From NCBI GenBank assembly GCA_964016885.1, contig OZ024742.1, positions 221,216,001 to 221,280,000 on the forward strand: 64,000 nt of DNA. The letters run 5' to 3'. Under the pieces are notes generated by a model. That model was given only the letters and a program-made list of their open reading frames with translations, did no database searches and was not told the DNA's origin. Position numbers and translations under genes: made by a program. Origin of the DNA: Eledone cirrhosa (Eukaryota). This document shows, piece after piece, positions 49,440-62,367 of this stretch; the first letter of the stretch is position 1, and each line of letters starts with the position of its first letter.

Positions 49440-50536
49440 GGGTGACTTGGTGGTGAAACAGCACAGCAGATAGAGCCATTAAAGCATGGAAGGATTAGAA
49501 AAATGGGGAGAGTAGAGACCGGTAAAGAGAGGCTAGACGTCAAGTGTACATAGCACGCAGAGAAGCTGAGAGTAGGAAGTATGCCAATGTTTTGTGACGA
49601 GAGGATCAGAGTTGTCAGGTGTTCCGCATTGCAAGGCAGTGTGTCAGCGTGAATCAGGATGTTGTTGGAGATAAGTGTGTCCAAAATGATGCCAGTGCAC
49701 TTAGTGCCACTGATGCTCAGAAAAAGGAGGCCTGGAAATGTCACTATGAGAGACTGATGAATGTTGAGAATGAATGGGAGAGAGAGAAACTGCCCCCAGC
49801 AGAGAGACCAGCTATTGAGGTTGACGACTATAGGGTAAAAAAAAAGCAATTAAAGAAATGAAAAGTGGGAAGGCCACTGGACCATCAGGGATAGTTGCTG
49901 AGATGCTGAAGGCATCAGGAGAAGTAGGGATTAAATTAGTTACACGTATAGTCAATCAAGTTATATATGGCGGAGTCATACCCAAAGACTGGTACAGCAG
50001 TATACTTGTTAATTGTTACAAAGGTAAAGGGGATGCTCTGGAGAGGAGCAATTATAGGGGCATAAAACTGATGGATCAGGTTATGAAAGTAACAGAAAGA
50101 GTGCTAGCACAACTAATTAGAGAAAGAGCCAAATTAGATGAGATGAAGTTTGGTTTTGTGCCTGGGAAAAGTACAACAGATGCCCTCTTTTTAGTGAAAC
50201 AACTACAAGAGAGGTTCTTAGAGAAGAATAAGCCACTATATTTAGCTTTTGTTGACCTAGAGAAGGCCTTTGATTGAGTACCTCGATCTGTCATCTGGTG
50301 GTTCCTAAGGAAACTAGGTGTAGAGGAATGGCTTGTGAGGAGAGTGCAAGCTATGTACAGAGAAGCTGTCAGTAAAGTGAGAATAGCAATGGAGCTTAGT
50401 GAGGAATTCCAGATACAAATAAGAGTTCATCATGGTTTGGTCCTCAGCCCACTTCTATTCATTATACTTCTCCAAGCTATAACAGGAGTTTAAGACTGGC
50501 TGCCCATGGGAACTTCTCTATGCTGACGATATGGTA
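49440..50536 (+). mobile_element. RTE-clade LINE reverse transcriptase fragment, antisense in an intron
   Basis: MKSGKATGPSGIVAEMLK..YKGKGDALERSNYRGIKL..FGFVPGKSTTDA..LAFVDLEKAFD*VPR..LSPLLF..ELLYADDMV. Cut off by a poly-T at 50537. Confidence 0.92.
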
Positions 50537-50689
50537 TTTTTTTTTTTCCCCATGATTACAATAAGATTACAATAAGATAAATAATTTATTTCATAAATAA
50601 CATTACAAATCGTTTGCAATTCTTTCAGAATGAAAATATAAGCAGAACATATAAATAAATTTACAGTAGAATAACATAACAAATATGGC

Positions 50690-50950
50690 ACCGTTATGAG
50701 GAGGGACAGGCCTGTTGACTGTGCTGTATCCTGCTCACATTGGAACCGTAGTGTGGGTGTTGGGTGGTCCCACTATGAGGGAGGTCTGGCCAGTTGGCCA
50801 TACCATCCCTTACTCATAGTGGAGCCCTCAGAAGTGCCACTATGAGGAGGTTCTGGCCAGTTGGCCACGTCGTACCCTACTCACGTTGGAACCATAGTTT
50901 GGGTGCCGGGTGGTCCTACTGTGAGGAAGGTCTGACCAGTTGGCCGCGCT
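50690..50950. repeat. Imperfect 62-78-bp internal repeats (4 units) of an unassigned element
   Basis: Recurring CACTATGAGG..GG(T)TCTGGCCAGTTGGCCA..CTCA..TGGA(A/G)CC units. Confidence 0.7.
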
Positions 50951-51118
50951 AAACCTAATGTATCTTTTACATAGAAATAACTTTTACAGGACTATCCTTA
51001 GGTTGAGTTAACCTGAAGCTATATAATAGCAGGCTCTTACACAAGGTGTCATAATGGAATACAGAACTTCCTAACAACACAGCTATATCTGCAAATCTAC
51101 CAGTTAAATTTATATTAC

Positions 51119-51284
51119 CTTTAATAGTTCTTCATCATCTTCAGACTCTTTTTTCTTCAACTTATACCAAAGTTCCTGAGTAAAGGAAAAATATTTGTTT
51201 ATATGTTCATCCCAAGAGATGATCTTATCCCCATCAGTGTCAACACTGTTAAATTCTTCATCTATTTCAAACTTGTCAAGTGAT
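51119..51284 (-). CDS. RCN2: Reticulocalbin-2-like internal exon
   Basis: tctttcag acceptor and GTAATA donor, 166 bp (phase 2 to 0). SLDKFEIDEEFNSVDTDGDKIISWDEHINKYFSFTQELWYKLKKKESEDDEELLK, with EF-hand DTDGDKIISWDE. Not present in the ORF track. Confidence 0.92.
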
Positions 51285-51300
51285 CTGAAAGACAGGTGAA

Positions 51301-54300
51301 AGTAGTAGTTATATTCTTTCTCTCACACAAAAGGTCTTATGGGGGAGGATAGAAAATGATGGGAATATAATATAATATAATGAAATTATTGTGTAGAGTG
51401 CTCAGGTGCACTACAACTCATCAAATGTCAGGAAAGTGAATAGTGTATGAGTCATGATATACATGTGTGCGTGTGTATGGAAGGGGAATAATAGGTGTAG
51501 TGTGGCGAATCTCAGGAAGCATAGAAGTTTTAAAGTCTCGACAGCTAACAACTGATGCAGGCAGTTTGTTCCATGCTTCAGCAACTTTGAGCATGAAAAA
51601 ATGTTTCCAAGTCATGGGAACTGTGCTGTTTTCTGACTTTGTGGACATGCCCACGTGTGTTAGACACGTGGAAATAAAAAAGGTACTCAGGGTTGTTGGC
51701 AAGATGGTTAGTAGTTTTGTGGGTGTTTACCAAGTCAATTGCCAGACGTCAGAGCTTCAATGTATCCATGCCCAGGGAAGCAAGGCGTTCAGAGTATGGT
51801 AGATGCCTGATGGAGGGTATTCGCTTGGTTGCACGTCTTTGAACAGTTTCCAGGCGTGGAAATGTTCTTAACATGATAGGGGTTCCAGACTGGTAATGCA
51901 AATTCAAAATGTGGCTGCACCATAGCTATATACAGCTTTAAATAGATCTCTGGAGAGCGGCTAACAAAGGTCTTGCTGAGTGATGCCAAGACACCCTTGG
52001 CCTTCTTAACAATTTTAGAGATGTGCTTCGTCCATCGTAAATCGCTGCTGACAGTAATGCCCAGGTCACGTTCACAAGAAGACTTCTTGATATTAGTGTT
52101 GTGGAGGGAGTATGTGGACGTTGGGTTTTTACTCCCAAAATGCATGGTGGCACACTTGTCCACAGCCAGCTTGAGTTGTCAATCTGTGATCCATTGTTGC
52201 ATTGTGTCCAGGTCAGATTGCAGGAAAGATCTATAGTGTTCAGGATCTGTCCTTTTTATCTCAAGGTACAACTTGATGTCATCTGCATATTTCAGTACTG
52301 TGGCATTCTTTAAGTTGGCATCTATGTCATTAATATATGCCATAAACAAAAGTGGGCCAAGAACAGATCCCTGTGGTACACCAGATGACATCTCATACGG
52401 TGAGGAATGCTGTCCGAGAACCGTGACTACCTCTCTTCGACTGAGAATCAAGGACTTCAACCAGTTAAAAAGATCATCCTTCACACCCATTGCAGAGAGT
52501 TTTGCCATGAGTTTTTTGTGTAGCACAGAATTGAAAGCTTTAGCAAAGTCAAGGTAAACAACATCCACCCATGAGCCGCCATCAGTGATCCGGATGATGT
52601 CTTCAAGAAACTCAATAAGTTGATCACAGCAGCTGGAGTTAGGGATAAATCCAAATTGCAAGGGCCAGATAAAACTGTGAGAGTTCCAGAAGTTCCAAAG
52701 ATTCTCTGACACAGGATTCTGTCAGTTTGGCAATGCAACTAGTAAGACTGACTGGACGATAGTTCACAGGTGATGTGCAGTCACCCTTTTTGAACAGAGG
52801 AATGACACTGGCAGTTTTCCACTGTTCTGGAGTAGCACCGTTGTTCAGACAGGATAGGAAAAAGCGTGATAGCTGGTGCAGAAGGAAGTACCCAAAACGT
52901 TTGAGAAGCAGGTACGTAACACCATCGAGACCATGAGAGGCTTGGTCGCGTTTATTTTTAAGGTGATGTCGCAACATTGCAGATGTAAATTTCATAGTTG
53001 TAATAGAATCCGATGTCAGAGGTGGTGGAGATGGTACACTCTGGTCTTCAACAGTGAAAATGCCTGCATAGCATTCAGCAATGAGTTCTGCGCATTCTTT
53101 GGGGTCGTCAGTAACCTGGCTTGTATGGGGATTGCAAAGAGGACCAACTGGAGAGTGAGACCTCTGCTTTGAGTGAACATACTTCCAGAAAACTTTACTG
53201 CCAGGGTTGGTTGCTATGCGCTGCTCAAATTGAAGAACTGCCTTTTTTGTCACCGGCTTGAGATGGTTGGATGATTTATTTCGCTTTTTCCTATTGATAT
53301 CTAATTTATGCAGTGTGTACTCACGTTCAGCATTACAACGCTCTTTCCTGGTAAGATGGACTGCTGCAGTCTCCCAAATTGCATTTTTGGGATGTTTTTT
53401 CTGCTTACATGGCACTGATGCTGCACATGCTGTCCATATTGAGGAGTCAGGATGTTCTGGAGTACAGTGTTGACATCTTCAGAGTCGTACTACTCAAGCC
53501 AGTTTTGAAGTTGTAGCTCGGAGCAGTAACAATTCCAGTCTACTTTATTCTAGTCAAAGTGAGCAGTTTGGAGATGGTTGTGGTTTTTGTTACTGCTCAT
53601 GAGGGCCAGATTGGCAATGATCATAGCATGATCAGAGTCACCTAAAGGTTCCTCAGTAGTAACACTAATAACTGTTTCAGGAGTAGTGGTGAAGAGTAGA
53701 TCTAAAGTGTTGTCACCTCTTGTTGGGGAGGTGACTACTTCGGACCAGTTCGAATCCAGCACTAACACAAGGAAATCATTTGCACTTTGCGGCCAATGAA
53801 AGGTTTCCCAGTCAATCTCAGAGTGACTGAAGTCCCCTGCAATAAAAACATAAGTGGCTGTTTTCCTGGCAGCAGCTCTGAGGGTATCACAAAGTTGAGT
53901 GTACTGATGGTAATTTGGGGGAGGGTAAACGACTTCATGGTCATATGTATATCGCAGAAAAATACTTCTTGCTGTGATTGGTTCAAATCAACACAAGGAA
54001 TTGCTGAAAAATTTGACCGCACGTAGACCATTACACCACCACCACCACAATTAATGTGGTCTTTACGAAACAAGTTGTAGCCAGTTATGCTGAAAACCCC
54101 ATCACAGAGTAAGGAATGTGTCCATGTTTCCGTGACTGTAATGAAGTCAGGGTTGATACTTTTGACGTAGGAATCAAAAAGATGTATCTTATTGCATAGA
54201 CTACATGCATTTAAGGACAACAATTTGTACCTTGATTCCAGTCTATGATTATGTGCAGGGGATGACAGGTTGTTCTGATTTAGTTTTCCAGTTGTTGTGG

Positions 54301-54380
54301 GTACAGTGTTTTCAGACCAGCTGGTATCTCTTTTCCAAGTTTCACCAGTCTTAATAAACTTCCATATCTGCCCATCATCC
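51301..54380 (-). mobile_element. Degenerate CR1-clade LINE ORF2 (APE endonuclease plus RT) with 3' UTR, in an intron
   Basis: LSLNACSLCNK..PDFITVTETW..GGGVMVYV; PTRGDNTLDL..LGDSDH; NYRPVSLTS; VVYLDFAKAF; GVPQGSVLGPLLF; KYADDIKL; ERDLGI. Multiple frameshifts and an (ACT)n tail. Confidence 0.93.
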
Positions 54381-54841
54381 CGTAAGATCTAATGTCAAAG
54401 TTACCATATTTCTAATGAAACAATGATTTTCGATTAATTTCTAAAATAATCAAGAATTAGGAAGGATTTTATTAACTGTTAACATCCTGTACCTCATGAA
54501 ACTACATAAATCAAAAGTGCTGTTATGTACTTTTCAAGAAGATTTTATTTTACTGATGTTTTCACTGTTGATTACTTGTGTGCATCTACCAGACATAAAG
54601 TCTTCTTTTTCTGTTTGTCTATCTGTAAACCCACTACATCTCTTGTGCACTCATAGTTTACACTGGGTTCACTGTATGGAATCCCTACCTACTTCTTTTC
54701 TATATATTGAGTACGACCATTTGCGATGATATCAGAATCTTGTCTCCTTTCCTACTTACTGAAATTTTAGTCTTTGAGTTCTCTTGGTTCTAGATTTTTT
54801 TCTATCACTAGTTAAGTAATCAGGTGTTATATTGTACTTAC

Positions 54842-54989
54842 TTGAAAGAGTTAAAGATCCAAGATTGTAGTTCAGGAATAACAAGCTGGCCATCTTTATT
54901 TAAATCCATCATTGGAATTAAGAGAGCCAGCTTTACTTTTGCTTCTTCAGCAGGCAGCTCATTATACTCTTCCTCAACCTTTTTAGAAC
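54842..54989 (-). CDS. RCN2: Reticulocalbin-2-like exon (5'-most found; signal-peptide exon not found in the window)
   Basis: tttatatcag acceptor and GTAAGT donor, 148 bp (phase 1 to 2). (G)SKKVEEEYNELPAEEAKVKLALLIPMMDLNKDGQLVIPELQSWIFNSF(K), matching the first EF-hand region of CREC proteins. Confidence 0.9.
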
Positions 54990-55253
54990 CTGATATAAAA
55001 ATAAGAAAAATAAACACACAAATATTTCATTTTACTTGCCATTTATTTATTTAATTTGATTCTATATCACATAAGAATTGGCTATGTGGTTAAGAAGTTT
55101 TCTTCACAATCATGTGGTTTGGGTTCTATCCTAGAGTCTGTGCATATATGATGGGTCAATTAGCATTGGCCTATGATTTTGAAGACAAGGAGGGAGGACC
55201 ATTTGGTAAAGAATTGCCTTCTTTTGAAAGTACATCATGTACACTACATGCAC

Positions 55254-55255
<2 letters not shown>

Positions 55256-55288
<33 letters not shown>

Positions 55289-55326
55289 ATATATATATAT
55301 ATATATATACATACACACACACACAC
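55256..55326. repeat. (TA)n/(CA)n microsatellite (others near 16050, 57940, 60420, 60740, 61670)
   Basis: Visible dinucleotide runs. Confidence 0.95.
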
Positions 55327-55379
55327 CTGTAACCTATACATACATCATATACTCTACTTGTGTGTGTAAATATATATAA

Positions 55380-55830
55380 TCATCATCATCGTTTAACGTC
55401 CATCTTCCACGCTAGCATGGGTTGGACGGTTTTGTCTCATATATATCATCATCATCATTTAACGTCCATTTTCCATACTAGCATGGGTTAGACAGGTTGT
55501 CCCATTAGAGGCAAGTTGGGTCAGGTGACCGTATCTTGCTCATATAGGACTGTTTCTGGCTAGATTTCTATGGCCGGATGCCCTTCCTAATGCCAATCAC
55601 TTTACAGTGTGTGCTGGGTGCATTTTGTTGTGACACCTACACGATCACTTTACAGTATGGGCTGGATGCTTTTTGTCAAGACACCTACACAACCACTTTA
55701 CAGTGTGGGAGGCATGTTTTGTGATACCAACATAACTTTACAGTGTAAGGGTGGTGACGATAGATGTGGGAGGGTGATGTAGGGACGTGCGGGTGTATGG
55801 AAGGGGGTATAGTGGTTAAGAGGTGCCTAA
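55380..55830 (-). mobile_element. RTE 3' UTR fragment(s) with ~47-bp internal repeats
   Basis: Two (CAT)n tails, GGATGCCCTTCCTAA, then 3-4 units starting (C/A)ACTTTACAGT. Reverse-complement paralog of 56300-56650. Confidence 0.8.
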
Positions 55831-55980
55831 TATATATATATTTATACTTTAGGAGAGTTATGCTGCCATTTAAAAGCAGCATGACCTTCGCAGAGTATAA
55901 CTACCTGTTTCAACACACTATTTTACATCTAGAATCTTGCAAAACAAATACAAAATTGAAGTGTGTGTGTGTGTGTGTAT

Positions 55981-56651
55981 AACAGCAAAGCATAAATGAA
56001 CTAAGTGAGAAATTAGGAACAAGAGGGATCAGATGCAGTTTACTTGAAAGATTACATTGGTATGGTCATGTGATGCACATGAAACCTGACAGCTATATAA
56101 AAAAGTACAGGGCGATCAAAATTGATGGAAGCCACAGAGTAGGTAGACCCAGAAAAACCTTGGACGACATGATAACATCTTATCTTGCACACTTACACCT
56201 CTCTAAGACAATGTCACTGGATCGAGACCTTTTGCGCTACATAGTAATACAGAAAACCCACCTTCCCTTACGTACTAAGTTAAACCTACAGTCATTAGGC
56301 ACCTCCTAACCAAATATACACCCACCCTCCTACCCACACCATCCCTTCTCTGTAAAGTTATGTTGGTACCAGAGAACATCTAGTCCACACTAAAGTGGTT
56401 GTGTAGGTGTCATAACAAAAAGCACCCAGTCCATGCTATAAAGTGGTCATGTAGGAGACACGGTAAAAAGACTCCTAGTCCACACTGTAAATGTGGTCGG
56501 TGTTAGGAAGGGCATCCAGCCGTAGAAAACCTGCCAGATACAGTCCTATATGAGCAAGACACGGTCACCCAACCAATCTTGCCTCAAGTGGGACAATTCA
56601 CGTCTAACCCATGCTAGCGTGGAAGATAGACATTAAACGACGACAATGATG
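55981..56651 (+). mobile_element. RTE LINE 3' end (ORF tail plus 3' UTR with ~47-bp repeats)
   Basis: RLHWYGHVMHM..RVGRPRKTL..DRDLLR. The UTR has TAAAGTGG..GGTGTCATAACAAAAAGCACCCAGT units, AGGAAGGGCATCC and an ACGACAATGATG tail. Confidence 0.88.
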
Positions 56652-56679
56652 TATATATATTTCTAACCCGTCATTGCCT

Positions 56680-57220
56680 TTGGAATACGAGGGGCATAAA
56701 ACTGGACACCAAGATACAGGGTTATAAAGCTGTTGTACTGACCACACTCTTATATGGATCACACATCAACCAACTAGACGTCTTTCATAAAGGTTATCTT
56801 CACGCAATCTGTGAGTACATACTCGAAGGCAAAATATCTAATGCTGACCTCTTCACCAAGTGCAAAATTGGAGGCAATGAGACCATCCTTATGAAATCAC
56901 AACTATGTCATCAGAATGAGTGACAAAAGAATACCAAAAGTCCATATCCTTGATGGTGGATATAGAAATGTTGGACGTCTATGGCTCAGGTACAAAGACA
57001 AGCTGAAGAGTAATCAATCAGCACCCAATATACCTTATGAGACATTTAAGCGAGTGGCCTTGGAGTGGAAGAACTGGAGATCTGTATGTCATAATGGGAT
57101 CAGGAACGTCAATTCCAGTTGTATGCATAGGCTGCAAGAGCTGAGGAGAAAACATTATCAAACATACCAGCAAGATTATCCAGTAAAACTCACCCTTGCA
57201 AATCTTTGGCAGGTCTAAAA
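56680..57220 (+). mobile_element. BovB/RTE-like LINE C-terminal fragment
   Basis: GIKLDTKIQGYKAVVLTTLLYGS..RMSDKRIPK..RNVGRLWLRYKDKLK. Confidence 0.75.
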
Positions 57221-57619
57221 TGTCAGGCCTGACATAAACATCCGAACATAATAGGTTGTTCGGATACTCATACATCAAAATAAACGGTATTTTCCATAAA
57301 AAACTAATATTTTCAAATGCTGGTGCTAGGAGAACAACTTAACAAAGGTCCTTATAATTATGATTGAAGGTTTTAGATATATATAAACACTTTAAAAATA
57401 TACAACTTAGTATCACAGATCAAGAGATGGTTTTACGTGGTTTGGTATGAAGACGAACACCAGACATGAAATACTGCTGTTAATTACGATCAGTAAGGAG
57501 GAAGAAGAAAATTATATCAATTAAACGTTATCATATTTCTATATAATATATATCGAAAATAATCAAGAATTTTGAGTGATTTCATAAAATAACATTTTTA
57601 TTGTTAAGTCGGTAGAGGA

Positions 57620-57800
57620 TATGTTGGATTGGCAGAATTGTTAGTGTCAGCCAAATGTTTTGCAGTAATTTTTATTTTGTGAGTTCAAGTCCTGCTAGGG
57701 TAGATAAAATAAAGTACCATTTAAGTACTGTGTTCACATAATCAACTATCTTCTCCCCAAAATTTGGTGGCCTTGTGCCTAAATTTGAAATCATTATTAA
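57620..57800 (+). mobile_element. Degraded tRNA-derived SINE
   Basis: TTGGCAGAATTGTTAG, GAGTTCAAGTCC, GATAAAATAAAGTACC, GGCCTTGTGCCTAAA. Confidence 0.65.
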
Positions 57801-57938
57801 ATTTGGGTTTGGAGCTTCACAAAAGTTCTTACATAAAATTATGATGGAAGGTTTTTGATAAACAAATACTTTAAGATAAGCAGCTTATATTTCATAGAAC
57901 CAGGGCAAGTTCCAGACAGTTTCGTATCAAAAGGGTTG

Positions 57939-57969
<31 letters not shown>

Positions 57970-58038
57970 TGACAACTTATGATATAATCTATGGTGTTAC
58001 CAGAATGTAATAGCATTGTTCTATGAAAATAGAGGAGG

Positions 58039-58380
58039 ATCATCATCATCATCATCATTTTACATCCGCTTTTCCCTGCTTGCAAGGGTGGGACAGGAAC
58101 TGATTCTGGCTTGATTTCTACAGCTGGATGCCCTTCCTAACACCAACCTCATTTGCAGTGAGTGCTGGGTGCTTTTTTGCCGTGGCACCTCCATGACCAC
58201 TTTGCAGTGGAATGATAGGGACCCCAGTCCCTATCATCTCATTTCTACAGCTGAGTAAACTGGAGCAATGCGAAATAAAGTGTCTTGCTCAAGGAAACAA
58301 CACATCACTCAGTCTGAGAATTGAACTCACAACCTTTCGATTACAAGGCCAATGCTCTAACCACTAAGCCATGTGCCTCC
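58039..58380 (-). mobile_element. Young tRNA-CORE-RTE-tail SINE
   Basis: Near-identical to 12633-12974. Confidence 0.9.
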
Positions 58381-59957
58381 ATATAAAACAATATATGAAA
58401 TATCTCTGGCACAAAGGACACATACAGTTGTATGGTGATATACAGACACCGAGGAACAAAGGAATACAACAGAAATAGGTGACTTCACCAAGAACTTGGA
58501 TTTCATTTGTAAAAATCATTCAAGCTTTATACTCATACACATTCACTCGCACAGATATACTAGGCCCAGGACACCAGATGTTTCCACCACCAGTATGGGT
58601 TCAACAAAAAACTTATAGGAGAGGGGCCAGTGTTTTGTCAGCGTACTGAGCAATGGATCTGATGTTGATTTCACCATGTTGCCACTAGAGAAACAACAAA
58701 ACTATTTCACTATAAATAGCAAAACAATTAGATTATTTTCCCATGTATAATATTGGGGGATGAGCTCAAAAAGACAAAGATAAACAATGAATTGCAGAGG
58801 ATGATGAAAATAGTCAGTGATGAATGTTGTGAAGAGAAATGGAAGGAGATGGTTGAGTTATGTGTTGAGGAATGATAGAAAGCAAGTAGAAGACTAAGAC
58901 ATGGTTAAAGATGATGGAAGAGAAAATAAAAGCCAGGGTTTTGATGAGGTGGGGCGCAAAGGACAGAGTAGGGTAAATAGCCTTAAAAGGCTTGTGTGTA
59001 TAACGTCAAACATAAAACAAGCTGTGGTGGATGTTTGAAATGATATTGAGACCTTGATAATCAAATACTTTTCCCCACTCAACTACATCAGTTATGTAAA
59101 CAAAATTAAAATCATTATTATTGGCCTTCTGCCAAAAGTAGAAACAATTATTATAGATTCAAAATAGTTTTCTGCTCGAGAAATTGCTTAATCCCAGGAT
59201 TAACTGTATTTTTCCAGATTCCACTAGACTTAAGTCTTAGTTTATGTATCATCATTAACCTAAATAAATTCTGTCTGAATTTCTGAAATGAGGATCTATA
59301 AGTATCATTGAAGTTTGCCTCAATCACAAGGGCCCATCAGGGCAGAGTTTATACCAATTTCATAGACGTTAAGCCCCAAAGTACATTGTAGGGTTACCCC
59401 CCACCCAGCTGCTGCTAGTATACACTTTCAGCTGAGTTGACTAAAGCAATGTGAAATGAAGTGTTTTGCTCAGGAACACAATGTACAACCTGCTTTAGAA
59501 TACAATCTATGACACTGAGTGTAACCACTGGTTTACATACTTTCACATAATCATTATAAAGTTATACTAAAAAGTGCTGAGTGCTTGAAGTAGATAGAAC
59601 CTGAGGAATTTACACAGGATCATGTTTACCGTACTTGAAAAGACCCACCCACCCGCACTAGCAGTGTAAAGCTAAAAGAAAATGTGGCAAGAGATCAGAG
59701 ACTGTATGGAGTGGAGAGGTCTCTTTTTAGCCTGCATGGATGTACCACGCCCAGTTAATTGATGAACGTGCAAACTGCAATGTAGGGTAAGAGGACCCTT
59801 TGGCCTTATCAAGGACTTGTCAATCTCAAGTGTTGTTGGTGCCATGATGAAATGCACCCAGTACAGTGTTAGTGCAGGTACCACAATAAAACAGATCTAG
59901 TACTCTTTGTAAAATGGTAATGCTGGTACCACAATAAAATAGATCTATTATTACTCT

Positions 59958-60091
59958 AGAGTTACGTCCATTTATGATTCGAGTTCAAATCCCGCTGAGG
60001 TTAACTTTGCCTTTCATCCTTACGGGGTCGATAAAATAAAGTACTAGTAATGTACTGGGTATTTGCTGGCCTTGTGCCAAAAATAGAAACA
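59958..60091 (+). mobile_element. 5'-truncated SINE with an 11-bp target-site duplication
   Basis: ATTATTACTCT at 59947-59957 and 60092-60102 flanks the B box and core sequence. Confidence 0.85.
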
Positions 60092-60415
60092 ATTATTACT
60101 CTTTGTACAGTGTTAATGCTGGTACCACAATAAAATACATCTAACACACCTTGTAAAGTAGTTGGCATTAGAAAAGGCATCCGGGTGTCGAAATTGTGCA
60201 AAATATGAAACAAGAGTCAAGATGTGTTTCTCTGACCAATGTAACCTTGGACTATGATAACCCATCCACTATGCCATCATGGAAAGCAGATGATATATTG
60301 AAATTTATGTCCTTATATTTGTTGTTCAGTTGCCAGTTGTAGTAAGGAATTTTCTATAAATGTTGAACTGAATGCTTTAGTTAGTCAGCTGTGATGTTGT
60401 TGGCTGGTACAAGAG

Positions 60416-60469
<54 letters not shown>

Positions 60470-61665
60470 CACACACACACGCTGTCTCAAGAATCAGTAA
60501 ATGCACTGGTCTATTTGCAGGTTATGTGTTGAGACACACATAGACCCACACTTGATCACAGTGATGTGTCTATAGTTTTATGTAGTATATATTCCAGTAG
60601 ATCATCAGATGTTTCTTCTTCTGTGGACTGACAAGTTGTCACAATAGCGTGATGTTTTATACCAAATGATTTTTACAAAAGTAGATAAAATATTGTAAAC
60701 AGATTATAGTAAGGTGGGTGGTGGATGGAAGAAGCGCAGAGAGAGAGAGAGAGAGAGCGGTTCAGTATTTTGAATGGAGGGAGGGTGGAGGAGAATTTAG
60801 AGAAGGTTGTGGATGTTGGATGCCTTGAGAGTCAAATTTGGTAGACAGAAACTGTGTAGAAGTCTATTGTGTGTGTATATATTATATGCTCGTGGTTTGG
60901 GGCACAGTTCAAATGCATAGCATGTTTAGCAAGTATCTTCTATAGCCTTAGACTGACTCATGCCTTTTGAGTAAAATTTTGTAGAAACTATGCTGAAGTT
61001 CATTATATATATATATGTGTGTGTGTTTGCTGGTGTCTGTGTTACTGTTTGTTTAGGTCTTGTAACTTAATGGTTTGGCAAATAGATAATGAAAAAAATA
61101 AGTAGCAGTACTGGGGGTCAATATGACTGACTAAACCTTTGAAGGTGGTGCTCCAGCATGGCCAAAGTCTTGACTGAAACAAGTAAAGAATAGATGTGAA
61201 TTCAAATGGTAGTAGAACAACCAATGAAACTTCACCTGGATTAGAACCAGAATCATTATTTCAGATCTACCACCATCACTTTTCTCCATTTTGGCATAGG
61301 TTGGACAGGACGTTTTTCGAGGTAGTATGAAAGGCAAAGCTGGCTTCTGTGGGATTAGAGTTCATATAAAAGCATAGAGAGTTGGAAAAAATGCTGCAAA
61401 GTATTTAATCTTGATGTTCTAATGACTTGCTAATTTGATTAAAACTGAAATGCTATGACAAGATAATTTAGTTATGTAGTAAATTAGATAAAGTTATAGT
61501 TTGTTATTTTAGTTAACACCCTAGGCATTCCTAATATTTCAGTAGAAAGCTGTGCAAGACAAAATATGTAAATTTGAAATGAGTAGCAGTGTGATATTTT
61601 AATTAACATAATCTTAATTTCTTTTATCAAAGGTCAGCTTTCGTTTTACATGTTATATGTATGTG

Positions 61666-61700
<35 letters not shown>

Positions 61701-62367
61701 CTGTGTATTTGTGTCCTTCATTTCAACATGCTTTCAGTTAGTGGTGATATTTGTTTATGTTCTGCATAAACAATGCATTCTGCAGCTTAGTGGTTTGATA
61801 AATATCGGTATTATACTTTAAAATTATGGGTTGGTGTCAGGAAGACCATCCCAAGTTTATTTTTTGGGGCTATGCAGGGTTCATTTAAGAGTACATTATC
61901 AAAATGCATTCTTTCCTTATGAAGACAGTAGGATGTAATCTGGGTGAGGTTTGGCTGGTATTTCTAGCACATCAAGTGACAATACAATGTAGAGGCTCCC
62001 TTGCTGGCTTATTTTGGAGTTAGTAAAAATATCTTAAAGGTTTGTCCACTGCCCAGACACTCATCAAATGACTGCCAGTGCATTACAGAGTTAACCTCCA
62101 GTTACTGTTAGTATTCATAGCTGAGCAGACTTGAGCAAGATAACATGAAATACCTTGCTTAAAGACTCAATGTCACCTGGTTTGGGAACTGAACTCAATC
62201 TTTCGTCTAACCCATACTAGTCGAAAATTGGATATTAAATGGTGATGATGATGAACCTTACAACTGTCAGCCCAACACACTAAACAAAGTGTAATAATGG
62301 CAACAGAAAAATAAAACCCAAACATCTGCTACCATACTTTTTATTGATTTAACTATTAGAACATTCA

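Noticed and set aside
51301-54380. Active LINE or domesticated RT gene (also 49440-50536)
   Set aside because: Multiple frameshifts, stops and truncation.
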